Positions 26,301 to 38,400 of a stretch of 64,000 nucleotides of DNA are shown piece after piece. The DNA lies in assembly GCA_904063045.1 (NCBI GenBank), contig CAJFCJ010000021.1, forward strand, positions 186,001 to 250,000, given 5' to 3'. This stretch comes from Dimorphilus gyrociliatus (lineage: Eukaryota > Animalia > Annelida). Positions within the stretch are counted from its first letter, which is position 1. Each line of letters starts with the position of its first letter. Both the position numbers and the translations under genes were made by a program. The notes beneath the pieces are model-generated. The model ran no database searches, was not told the DNA's origin, and saw nothing but the letters and a program-made list of their open reading frames with translations.

Positions 26301-29300
26301 CGACCAGTCCAGCCTTGATTTCCTTGTGGACCAATTCTGCCGGTATCTCCTTGACGACCAGTCCAGCCTTGATTTCCTTGTGGACCAATTCTGCCGGTAT
26401 CTCCTTGACGACCAGTCCAGCCTTGATTTCCTTGAGGGCCAATTCTACCGGTATCTCCTTGAGGGCCAATTCTACCGGTATCTCCTTGACGACCAGTCCA
26501 ACCTGTATCCCCTCTTTCTCCCGGAGCTGCTGTTGTAGCAGGAACGCAAACGTATTGTAATACTCTCTCAGACATAAAGCTTTCAAAACGAGTAAATCCA
26601 TTTTCATTGTTTAGGTAGAGGAAGTAGTTCTTGTTTATTTCTCTTGGAGGATCAGAAAGTTCTCTTAGTTCATTTTCAGAAACTGTTCTAGAAATTCCAA
26701 CCGTGTAAATACTAATAGTATCATAAATACTGTTACTCGGGGGATTGCGTAAAAGATTTGCTTGATTCACTTGAGAGTTCTGATCCCTAGTAGCGCGATT
26801 ATGTGTAATGAGAACAATAGCATTCCTAGCAAAATTTCTTTCACCATTTCGGTTTCTTTCGAAAAAACCTTCACCAAGTTGCAAGGCTCTATAAAAGCTT
26901 CTGCCGGATCTACCTCCAGCATTGTTAATCGAATTAGATATTCCTGATATATAATTAGTTTTTAAGTTGTTCAAATCATCACCGTAAGAATTAAATCGCC
27001 AAAGTGTTTGAGTCCAACTATCTCCAGCAAAGAGAACAGCAGCTATACGGAAATTATTGCTACTAAATCGTAGCCTATTAACTGTATATAGGACATATTC
27101 TTGAACTCTTTGGGCCCAGTTAGTGGTGCTATCACCATTTTCAGGTCTAGAGGCGTCTATAACAAACAATAAGTCAATGCTGAGAGTCATACAGGGAATA
27201 AAAGGAGCAAGAGTTGGTGGATCAGTTGGGGCATTGGTAGTTGGTGGATTGCAGACGTATCTAAGTACATTTTCAGTCATAGCTCTATCAATGCTAGTGA
27301 ATCGATTGTCATTGCTAAAGAAATGGAAATAGTTTTGATTTCTAATTCTTGGAGGATTTGATAAACCTCTAAGTTCTGTTTCGGAAGCTGTGTTTGTAAA
27401 GCCAATCATAACGACATTTATAGCATCATAATTTCCACTGGTTGGATTTCTTAAAGTATCGGCTTCATTAAACTGTAAGTTAGTGTCAGCAGTTGCTCTA
27501 TTGTGTGTTAAAACAACCAGTACGTTACTAGCCGTACGTCTCTCACCGTTCCTATTTCTATCGAACATATTAAATTTCGAATATTGGAAAGCAGCATAGA
27601 AATTTCTTCCACGAGAAACTGCATAATTTCTAATATTACTTGCCAATTGATTAAGATAGTTCTGTCTTAAAGTTGGTCTTGAATTGCCATAACTGTTGAA
27701 ATTCCATAGAGTCCTGACTTCGGAAGAAGTAGTTCCTCTAAACAAGAAAGCACCTATTCTTATTAAGTCTCTGCTAACATCTATACGATGAACAATAGTT
27801 GAAATATAAGCTGAAACTTGATTTGCCCAATTGTCAATACTATCTCCATTATCGGGTATAGAGGCATCAATAGCGAATACAAGGTCCAAATCAACATTTG
27901 AACAAGGTGAAAATGGAGCATCTGTGGAAGCTGGAGGGGATGGTCTGTTGCACATGAAAAACATGTAGTTCTCATAAATGCTGCGCGAAATTGTGAGGAA
28001 AGTTGATCTATCATTATCCCATAGGAAATAGTTTTGATTCTGCGTTTGAGGTGAGTTTGAAAGGATCGACAATTCATTTCTGTCAACCCTGTTTCCTATG
28101 CCTATCGTAATAATATGAACAGGATCTGTGCTAGTACCGGCTTTAAGAGCATCTGCGGTACCCTGTTGTACACTTGTATCTAGGGTGGCTCTATTGTGCG
28201 TAATTATAACCAATACATTTTGAGCATCAGGTCTCTCTCCGAATCCATTCCTACCAAAAAGTCCAAGGGATTGAAGTAGAGCTGCATTAAAGCTTCTACC
28301 TTGATTATTTCTGTTGTTAATGTTTTGAGCTATACCCGAAATTCTCGCAAGTAAATTTTCTTTATTGTCGCCATAGCTTCCCAAAAACCAAACAGTTTCA
28401 GCACTGGTACTGCTGAATAATATTAAACCAACTCTGAAATCATTTGAAGATATTGTTAATTCATTTGTTGTATCCTCAATAACTTGTTGAACAACGCCTG
28501 CCCAATTACTTATCTCATCATTATCAGGCATGGAGGTGTCGATAGCGTATACAAGATCGATTCTTCTGTTTAGGCAAGGAGAATAGAGAGGCATAGGAGT
28601 TACTGTTGTGTCTGGTGGTGGACATGCTTGTGAGAGAATGTCTCTAACTAAAGTGTTTAAAATTTGAGTGAAATCAGTCAAAATGAAATAGTTTTGGTTT
28701 TCTTGATTTGGTGGTGAAGACATGTCTTTTAAGAGCTGGATGGCGTTTCTAATTTCATCCACAGTATATTTTGCGGGAGGATTATTCACGTTGAAACTCT
28801 GACCAACACCGATAACATATATTGCGACACCATCATCCTTTAAAAGTTGTGCATTTGGTACTGTTTTTTCGACTTCTCTATTGGGATGACCGTCAGTTAG
28901 AATAACTAAAATATCCCTTACACTTTGTCTAGAACTTCTTTGTCTCCTAAATACTTCGTCACGTACTATTTGCAAACCCTCTTGGGTATTTGTAAAACCA
29001 TTTGGGACAGGAAGACTATTAACTGCATTTTTTACTCCATCTCTTGTGTAATGAGCATCTAAATTAAATCGGAGTCTTCCAGCATTGGCAAAAGTTACAA
29101 CACCAATATTAACCTCATCTTCAGCAATATTGACTCTATCTACGAAAGAGTTAATAGAATTTTTAACATCCTCCCAAGCCTGCAGCGAACCGCCTTCATC
29201 TGGTTTTATTATAGAACCGGATCGATCAACAAGGAAAACGATATCAGCTTGACCACACTCTGAATTGATAAAAAATAATATTTTAATAATGTACGTTAAT

Positions 29301-31520
29301 TTGATTTGAATAAAAGATTTGACAAAAATACAAAAGAAATCAAAAACAGCTGATTCATTTTTTCACTTTTTTTAAACAAAAAAAAAGAATAAAATATACA
29401 TTTCTAGGAAAAACAGATATTCAAGAAAACATGAAAATTACAACTAATTATAAATAATATCAGTTTAATAAATGAATCTAACATTTTGTTTACTGATAGA
29501 TGTGCCATCTACAGTAAGAAAAAAAACGCATACGAAAGGGCGCGTGTCGTAAGAGGTAGAAATAGTGGAAATTACTCCTGTCTCTATTCAGGTATTGTAT
29601 TTCCACATTATGAAATCAAATTCATCGATGACTAAACAGTTTGTCACAAATGTTGTTGAAATATACAATATGTATTTATCTATAAACCTATATATATATA
29701 TGCATATTCAGACCTTTCTGTACGCATTGTATGCTTTAGGGTTAGGGAAATATTAGTTATACAGGTGAGAATATACTAAGGTTGAATGACTTTGAGTCAA
29801 AGTGATCACGTGATGTGTAATAATTTATAATTCGACAACCTTGATCTTTCAAAACTGTCTGGCAAAGATTTAAGCAAAGAGTCAGGCTCTATTCATCCGT
29901 TTATCAAGAATTCTAAGACGAAGGAATTTAAAGAAGAATAACACAAGGAAATATATATAACAAAAGAAATCTGGAGTAAAAGAGTGCCCCTCTAACAATC
30001 CGGTCATTTAGTACATTTTAAAGTAATTAATGCCTACAAATTTTTAATCTGTCTTTATATTTCAGTTTATGCCTAACTGTTTCATTAAAAGACTTAATTT
30101 AAGAAATAATTTATAGTCTTAAAGTAATCCGATCCTACAAAAAGATTTCAAACAGATGAATACAGAGATAGAATAAACGAATATATTTATGAGTATATTT
30201 AGTTAGTTATATGACCTACTTGCAAAAATTGATCTATTGAACTAATAACTATTAATAATAATAATACAATAAGTAGAATTTATAAGGAAAAACAATATTA
30301 GTTCTATAGTACAGAGTCTCATTTATAAAGAATTTTCATACTTTCGCTGTAACAATCTAAATGCCACTAAGACATGAGAATTGAATAGATACACCCACGT
30401 GGCTAAAAGTGTGAGATCTGCTATTTACGGAGTTACGTGACGATTTCATTTTTATACTAAAAAAAGAAATCTGGGGGTCTCTTTTTTACAAAAGTACTTC
30501 AATTGTATCATTCACGTTTATGGAAGAAAAATTTTTGCAAAAATCTATTTAAATAAGCTTGAATACAGATTACAGGAAAAGTGGGCGGCTGACTTCAATA
30601 TCATTGCGCTTCACCCCCTGGTCTACTGTACTCCCACAGCCACCCCCTCTTTAATATTGTTAAGTACAATATAAAAATATTTCAACAGCTTTTACCCTAA
30701 GAAATATGATCTAGAAAGAAATGTTGAGAATTTATAATAATAATTCATTCTCGATAAATAAAAGTGAACACTTATCTAAGAAGACAAAATACATTAATCA
30801 ACGCTTTTGCGCTCTTACCATTTGTTACATTTTCGGTTTCTGAATGAATATAATAAATAAGAAGTTTTAAATGCATATGTTTTTATAAGCATGCTTATGA
30901 AAGAATAAAATATCAGTGGACCTGAATTTTTTGTTTCTTGAAGAGAATACCAATTAATAGAAAATATATATTATAATAGAATAAATAGTATTAAACCATA
31001 AAATTTTAGAATTAATAAATGAGTGCATTCGAAGCGAAAAATTATTCCCATTAATCACCCTATCTCTCTTCTTAATCGTGTCAAAATATTTTGCCTTAAT
31101 CATATAACTTAAACTACTTACGGGCTTCGACTTGATTTAAGTTATTTAGAAGAGCAAACAATACTGCAAAGAGGAAATTTCCAACCTTCTGTAAAAAAAG
31201 AATTAAGAGCAATATAGTTCATATAAAGAGAAACAGGTAGAATCAATATACTGTATATTGTGAAAATACAAGAAAAAATGAGTTGGCCAATAACTAGACA
31301 ATTTCAACATAGTTAAACTAAGGAAAAAACGTAAGGGCGGCATCTACTGGACCACTCTACACATGACTGAACAGTCTAATTTGCATATGACTGCTTCTTT
31401 CAAAATCACGAACAGGTTTTACCAATATCAATGTCGGACATATTCATCAAACTTATTTCATATATTTAAGTATAATATGATATATAATAATTTGCTATAT
31501 ATATAGTAATATATATAATG

Positions 31521-31564
<44 letters not shown>

Positions 31565-32153
31565 ACCGTTTATAAATAGATAGAATGAAATATCTGGCCT
31601 AATGTCGAGGGGGGGAAGAATGTCTTATTAAAAGGCCATGAAAAATCGAGGGCGGCGCCCACGAATAAAAAAATCTTACTTTAATTTTGTCTTAAATAAA
31701 ACATATAAAAAATATCGCCAACTTGTAAAAAAAAAAATTCTACTTCAATGTTGACCAAACTTTTTGAATATATAAGTAAAGGGTAAACATAGTGAAGCAA
31801 ATAATACAACGCCTCCGTTCAAGTCGACGTTCTTTGGTGCAAAATAAAATTGACTTAGAATAACTAATACCTGCTAAAAAATGTTTGGTATTTGCGACTG
31901 TACCGAAAACACCAATTGTTAACATATTTCTTAGAAATTCAAAATTTCTATATATGATAAAAGTACGACGTATTATTTTTTTAAAGATATACTCTAGACC
32001 TATTGGAAAAAATGAGGCTATTAGAGAAATCTCTCTAATAGAGTCGCGTAAGGCGAGTCTGTTGAAAGTTATATAATTTAATTACATAGCTTTGACTAAT
32101 TTGATTACGTAAAACTACCGATTAAATTGTAATGTATTGCAAAAACTCACCAT
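23390..32153 (-). CDS. Secreted vWA-collagen-EGF protein (signal peptide, 4 vWA, ~730-aa Gly-X-Y, 3 EGF-like), ~1868 aa
   Basis: Exons 32151-32153 (ATG only), 31122-31188 (signal peptide [22 protein letters not shown]), 30819-30839, 25966-29259, 25175-25903, 24829-25116, 23809-24756, 23593-23733, 23390-23505 total 5607 nt in frame. vWA1 has DRSGS/TNTQ/LTDG. C-terminus has AINEC..CQHIC..CSCYPGF..C and [16 protein letters not shown]. The extreme 3' end and the two small 5' exons are less certain. Confidence 0.9.
23563..23577 (-). promoter_or_regulatory. CTCF-like site in the last collagen intron
   Basis: Minus strand AACAGTAGATGGCGCC. Confidence 0.55.
26271..26513 (-). repeat. Intragenic tandem repeat in the collagen helix: 3 x 54 nt plus 27-nt half units
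   Basis: Units at 26271, 26325 and 26379 are almost identical (protein [18 protein letters not shown]); 27-nt units at 26433, 26460 and 26487. Confidence 0.95.
31523..31560. repeat. (AT)19 microsatellite in collagen intron 1
   Basis: Read directly. Confidence 0.95.
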
Positions 32154-32634
32154 TTTTCGCACACGACGAGTGGGACAACTGCCCTTGTGCGAAAAAAATA
32201 AAAAAATAGAAGACGAAAAGGTGGTGGCTAAGCGGAATGCGGAGCCTCTACAAAAGCTTGAAACCGCGAGGAAAGGCTTTTATAAAAGTCGTTAGGCCTA
32301 AAATTTGATTTGAATAGGGGTAGTAGTGAATAAAAGTTTAATGCCTGCGATCTCCTACGCGTTTTTGTTCTTTTATATTCTAGAATATGCGAAAAGTAAA
32401 CGATCGTGGGTGAAAAGAGCTGAAAGAGGAATTAGCGACAATTCTCAAAGGGTTGCAAATATGGAGTTTTAGGTGACTGTTTTCAAACTGGAATTTTGGA
32501 TCCTATCTCTCGACTTTCTTGTTAGCATTGAGGTGGGGGGGAAATATCTTTAAAGTAAATAGCAACATCTGTAAACATTTGAACCAGATAAAGTCCTACC
32601 CTTTCACCGGTTGATTGACATGCTTACAAAGGCT

Positions 32635-32649
32635 GCACCAGAGGGCGCC
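32635..32649 (+). promoter_or_regulatory. CTCF-like site between the divergent collagen and FoxQ2 genes
   Basis: GCACCAGAGGGCGCC, close to the canonical CTCF consensus. Confidence 0.6.
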
Positions 32650-33539
32650 GTCGTTCAGGCGAGCTCAATGCACGCCAGCTCTCTGCAGGTGGTGTCAAGC
32701 TGTCTATACGTGCCAATTATTTGACCAGCATTTGTAAACAAACATTAGAAGAACGGGAAAAAGCGTTCGTGTTTAGATGAGAGAATAGTTGTTACAATTA
32801 GTTGGGAATTAATTTAGTTAAGCGAAACTGGAAAAGGGATTAATCCATGTGACGCGCCTTTGTTAAATACGATACCCAGCGTTTCGTATCGAAATGCTGA
32901 TAACCAGATGAAATTACCTAGAAGAGAAATTTTTGTTTCGATTCGAAGTCGCGTGACTTTACTTGCCCTTAAATTTAGATTGCGTACAAAGAGTTCATTT
33001 AGAAGACAACATTAAGCAAACCATATTTAATCGTGATATACGATTAAAAGCAGAATAATGAAAAGAAAAAAATAAGAAGATTATCTTTTTATACTATATA
33101 GATCCATTTTCAAATATTTGCATACATTGATACATCAATAAATTGACATAAAAAAGAAAGTTCTTCTGCCATATTTGTGACGTTTTAACAGTAATATTAG
33201 ATTACGGTTAAATAGAGTTAAATAACCTCCTCTATTGTTTTCACTACTTTCTCCTCGATTATTTGTTTGCCCAATACGGGAGCAAAAAACTGTGAAAATC
33301 ATTTACTTTCTCTTTCTTAAAGGAGCGTCGTATGCCAGCGTGCATCCATCGTCGAGAATTGTCAAACAATACACTGGCCATCTGTCAATCATGAACAATT
33401 AAAGTGTCAGTAATTAAAGCGCTGCTTGATAGTGGCCTAGCGCAATTTGCCTCGCTGGCAAATTACATTTTACGGTTAGTCTTGTGTATTCAGATCGCAC
33501 GTTTGACATCCGGACGTAATCAGGTCAACTCCGGTATTT

Positions 33540-33570
33540 TCAACCAATCAGCAACGAGCAGCATATAAGC
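33540..33570 (+). promoter_or_regulatory. FoxQ2 core promoter candidate (CCAAT + TATA-like)
   Basis: CCAATCAGC at 33544 and CATATAAG near 33560, 60-85 nt upstream of the ATG. Confidence 0.45.
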
Positions 33571-33628
33571 TCCACCTACTCGAGAGTCCGCACGTTGTTA
33601 ATATGAGTTAAATCATCGTTGTTGGAAC

Positions 33629-34528
33629 ATGTCTTCATCCGATATGACAAATACGAGTTTAGCGGCATCAAATGCTCTCGCAAATTCTTTCAAGTACACT
33701 CTTCCTGGACCATTGCCTCAAGCTACCCATCTAATGACGCAAGCTGCTTTGGAACTTCATAGAGCAAGATTAATTGATTACACCAGCAGATTGAGATACC
33801 CTGCACTCCCCTTGCCTCATCCTTTTAATCAACCAATAGAACAAAATTTGCATCTTTTTCATAAAGATAGAAGATTCTTTAATTTTCATCAGGAAGAACC
33901 AAAACCAGCTCATTCATATATAGGACTAATAGCTATGGCAATATTATCATCGAAAGACAAGAAATTAGTTTTAAGTGACATTTATCAGTGGATTTTGGAC
34001 AATTTCTCTTATTTTCAAACTAGGGGACCAGGCTGGAGGAATTCAATCAGGCATAATTTAAGCTTGAACGACTGTTTTATCAAAGCTGGAAGATCAGCTA
34101 ATGGAAAGGGCCATTATTGGGCTATACATCCTGCCAATGTAGAAGATTTCCAAAAGGGTGATTTTAGGCGTCGACGAGCGCAAAGAAAAGTTCGGAAGCA
34201 CATGGGTCTAGCCGTTCCCGATGACGAAGACTCACCAAGTCCTCCACCTGCACCAACACCCGCAGTTATTGAATGGCAAGCAAAAATGTTAGCTCAAAAA
34301 CGAGAAGAAGAACGAAGTAAAGCTATAAAAACTGTGTCGAAAAGAAAGAAGCGTCTCTTCGATGTTGAGAGCCTTTTGGCGCCGGATACACCCGATCAAG
34401 AGGAAAGTGATATCGAAATCGACGTCGATGATACGGTAATTAACAGCGATGAAGAGGAAAAGACGTTTTTGCGTGAGCTCTCTCCAGTGAGTAATTCGCG
34501 AACGGCGTCACCACTGGATAATATTTGA
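33629..34528 (+). CDS. FoxQ2: Forkhead transcription factor FoxQ2 (fd102C-like), single exon, with C-terminal EH1/Groucho motif
   Basis: Forkhead domain EEPKPAHSYIGLIAMAILSS..WRNSIRHNLSLNDCFIKAGRSANGKGHYWAIHPANVEDFQKGDFRRRRAQRKVRKHMGL is the FoxQ2 signature; EH1-like FDVESLL at 34358-34378. Confidence 0.93.
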   Translation: MSSSDMTNTSLAASNALANSFKYTLPGPLPQATHLMTQAALELHRARLIDYTSRLRYPALPLPHPFNQPIEQNLHLFHKDRRFFNFHQEEPKPAHSYIGLIAMAILSSKDKKLVLSDIYQWILDNFSYFQTRGPGWRNSIRHNLSLNDCFIKAGRSANGKGHYWAIHPANVEDFQKGDFRRRRAQRKVRKHMGLAVPDDEDSPSPPPAPTPAVIEWQAKMLAQKREEERSKAIKTVSKRKKRLFDVESLLAPDTPDQEESDIEIDVDDTVINSDEEEKTFLRELSPVSNSRTASPLDNI

Positions 34529-35407
34529 CAATGTAGTTGTATATTTTCATAATTTCGAAGACACGCATGATGCATTAAGGTACGTCTATACGTATTTATG
34601 AATATATTCGTATCTTCTTTGTTTTATATACATTCGTGCGTACGAGAAATTAACTGTTTTTTGTTTTCTATTTTGAATTTTTTATTATATATATATATAT
34701 ATATAAGTGTATATATACATATATATATATAAACGTGAAGCTTAAGGTTCATTAAAGGCGTCACTCAAACAAACAAAAATACTTTGACCTATTTACAAGA
34801 AACTTAAGTTGTTAATTAAAATTCTTTAGCATTTAGAAAAATTCTCTCTCTCCTTCTCTCTATCTCTCTTTCTTCTTCTCCCTCTTTCTCTCTGATTTGA
34901 AAATTTGACACAAAAGTAAAGAGAATAATTCCGACCAATTATTTGAAAACTCAGCTATATCATCCTATTAGAAAAGGAATATAAGAAAACGACAATAGCC
35001 TTAATAGAATTTAATTGATCCTGTCTACTAATAATTATAGTAATATAAGTTTATTCGAAAGACTTATTATATTAATCTTTTAACCGTTTTATGATACGAA
35101 ATAAACAAAGTTATAAGTTACAAAAGCATTGAAATTTATTCGGTTTGACATAATCTATTTTCACACCAAACTTAACGCTAATAAAAATAGATCGGAAAAG
35201 ATATGTTGAGTTGTCCTACTTCCTATTTGGGTTACTTGAGAGTACCTAATGTCTTGACTATAAAATCAATTTACTTTTCAATCGTTGAAAGTTTATTTCA
35301 AGAGTATTTTTTATGTACAGTATACAATTTATATTCTCGTTATAGAGTAAACTTTCAACATGTACATGAATAATAGTTATATATAGTATACAGTATGAAT
35401 TTATATA

Positions 35408-35443
<36 letters not shown>

Positions 35444-38400
35444 AAACTACATTTTAATATTTGCATATTCTTGCTTGATAAATAAAAAGATATAAGAGTA
35501 ATTATGTCATTTACCGCTAAAAGCTAATTATCATCGTAACTTGATATAAAATGGCAACAAAATTGGTAAATTGTAGTTGAAAGGTAATAAAAAAAATTAC
35601 ATAATGTGGAACTGAAATTAAAGTAGGTAATAATAATGAAGAGGCACTAGATTTTAATTTAAACTGTAGCGCGATCTTGTTCAAACGATTAAAATGGAAC
35701 GCTTAGAAATTTCTAGCTGCGCGCATGCGTCCTGACCTGTAATAGAATGCGACCGTTTGAACTTGAACAAAAAAAGAAGAGGAAATATTTTTTCACACCA
35801 AAAAAATACCTTACGATTTGACAACTGTTACTTTAATTGTTTATATACCTTTTTCCATTATTTCCTTAAATAGCCTCAAACATGAAATTATAACTGCAGG
35901 ACCATTTCGTATTTTATTAATATTTTTTATAAGTCAAGCAGAGCGCTTGAACAGCTGCGCTTCTGTTGTATACACGCATAGTCTCACGCACAGTTTTTTG
36001 TTCGTTGATAATTTGCCATTACGTCATCAAAAGTACACGCAACTTTCTTTTGCCCTGTCCATCTGCCGCCTCCCATATAAAATTGTGAAAAACAGAGGTT
36101 ATTTTAGAATTATTTTCGAATTAATATCCTTTTTGGTGAAGAAGACCGTTTATCTCGTTTCCTTCCCGAACACGTTTCAAACACACCGTTGCGAATACAT
36201 AATTTATTTCAAGTTGTCTAATTAAAAATCGAAGAAAGAATAGGCGTTCCTTTGAACGGAAGCGTTCTCTGTTTCTCATCTTTTAAATATGTTTCTACCT
36301 AATAGTTTTCACATCTAGAGGCGTCTTTTCGTGTGAATTGTCTACAGCTTTTTTCCCAACCCCCTCTGTCCCTGGAATTTTGATCATTTTTTCTTTCTCT
36401 GCTATAAAGGAAAAGTTTTAATGATTTTAACTGATGAAATATATATGAGAATAACAATAACATTTAATAGTTAAAAATATTAATTACCTCAATATACAAA
36501 ACTACAAAGTGCTCATCAAATAGGTATAACAATGCTAAAAGCATTTTGCGTTTGTTAGCATATCCAGACGAGTCACGAAAAAAAATGGGTCATTTTCCTT
36601 TGAACATCAATACCGAACGAAAAGAAGATAAAAGACACAATTTTTCAATTGATTTGTAAAACATATAGAATTATTGAAAAATATTTAATATATTAGAAAT
36701 TTCCCTTTTTTATTGGACAGGTTTTTGTTCTGCTGTATTTATAAATATTTAATAAAGAAATTGATAAATAAAATATAAAAGTTTGTCAAGTGAAGAGCAA
36801 ATGTGTTTCTGAATAAAAAAAAAAGTCGAAACAAACAGGTATTTACTTTTTAAACACCTTTTTTATTTATAACAATAATGTTTTTCTCAGCTTTTGTTTA
36901 TAACTGCTAACAATAATCAATTAACAATCTAATACCTGCTTTGTACAAGTGTTTTCTTTGATAATAATACAATTCTAAAAAGCTTCTATTCATAAAAATT
37001 TTAGTTAGCCATAATTTCGCAGTTGGTCCGTTGTAATTCGAGAATGAAAATCAGCTACTATTTGACTCAAATATCTCAACATAAAGAATAGACTTTGGAT
37101 GGTAACAGCTTAGGAAAAAGGAGAGAGAGAGGTGGGGGGGAGAGTCGTAGGGGAAGAAGGGATAGAATGCTCGTTCAAGATAAGTGGTTAAAGACTAGAG
37201 GGGAAGAGGGGGCAGCAGGATGAGGACTTTTTGTCCGCTCAAAGTACGCGGTCATCGCGCCTTTTCAACACCAACAAAAAAATGTAGAATGTCAATACTC
37301 AACGAAACTCAAGCGGCCGAAACCACTTTTGTGTGGAACGAAAAATGGATTAGGAACGTCTGAATAATTGAAAATTATTTTCGGAAGAGCACCGAACAAA
37401 CCCGATTTCGCCAAACAAAAACGTCGCCTTTAATCTCATTTCGACCCCCTGTAGTGCTGACGTCATAACTGAGACGTGCCAGGCGAAGTCTAGACGCCCG
37501 ATGTTTCTTTCAAGAGAAGTCTTTGAGTAAATATTTGACGACAACCCGCTGAGCTGATAATGACCCCGGTTTTGAGGGACAAAATGGCCGTCATATAGCA
37601 CTGACGTCTCTTTACGCTAGATCAGTCATGCGCTAATTTGTATAACGAAAAAAGACGCGCATCGCCGGATTCTACGGATTATTTTATTTTCGTTTGAAGT
37701 CTGGCCGACAAATTGCGCAGTTTTGGAATCGATTAACTAATTAGACGCCGACAGACGCCCTCACCTTGCTGTCGGAAATTAACGTTTGCGTGCGAACACT
37801 TTTTCTCTATAATATATATACGTGTATGTATTTACGTACATATAGATACAAGGCGAGTAACTGGGCGTCGAAATTACCTTAATAACGGCTGTGATTATAA
37901 AGGCTGGCGCCCTACTATCTCGGTCAGATCTCACCCTTCAATGGTTAGCGCAGCTGCCGTTTAATTGAGTGGCAAAACATTGTGGAATAAGAAGAAACTG
38001 CCGACTATATTAGCCACACTTGAAAATGGCGTTTAACATCTATAGTAGTGAGAACAACTCTTTAGATTTTTCTCTCGTTTGATGTTCTTATATTGATTTA
38101 TTCATAAGAGACTGAATGAAATAAAGAATAAAAGACGAAATATACATGAAAAAAATTTCTTTATCTCCCTACAACTACCAATCACGTGACTAATCTTCTT
38201 CGTTCCTTTTTTTTCTCGTTTTATGAATACCGTCTTAATTGAAGAGGGAAAAAAATGTCCCAAATGTTCTTATTGAGAGAACAATTACATCCTCAATATA
38301 ATTAAGACTTTCACTCTAAATACATTACAGATTACTTCTCCCTTAACTTGACTTCTATTGAATTTCAACAAATTGAACAATTAATTAAGTACTTTTTAGT

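Noticed and set aside
26271-26513. Regular repeats that could be taken for a CRISPR array
   Set aside because: No unique spacers, in-frame inside a collagen exon, eukaryotic context, no cas genes.
24349-26607. Many overlapping ORFs on both strands across the collagen (e.g. 26035-26607, 26246-26560, 25403-25694)
   Set aside because: They are alternate-frame and antisense shadows of Gly-X-Y codons, which are poor in stop codons.
35818-36225. 135-aa + strand ORF downstream of FoxQ2
   Set aside because: No domain or codon pattern, non-ATG start; more likely an enhancer-like patch.
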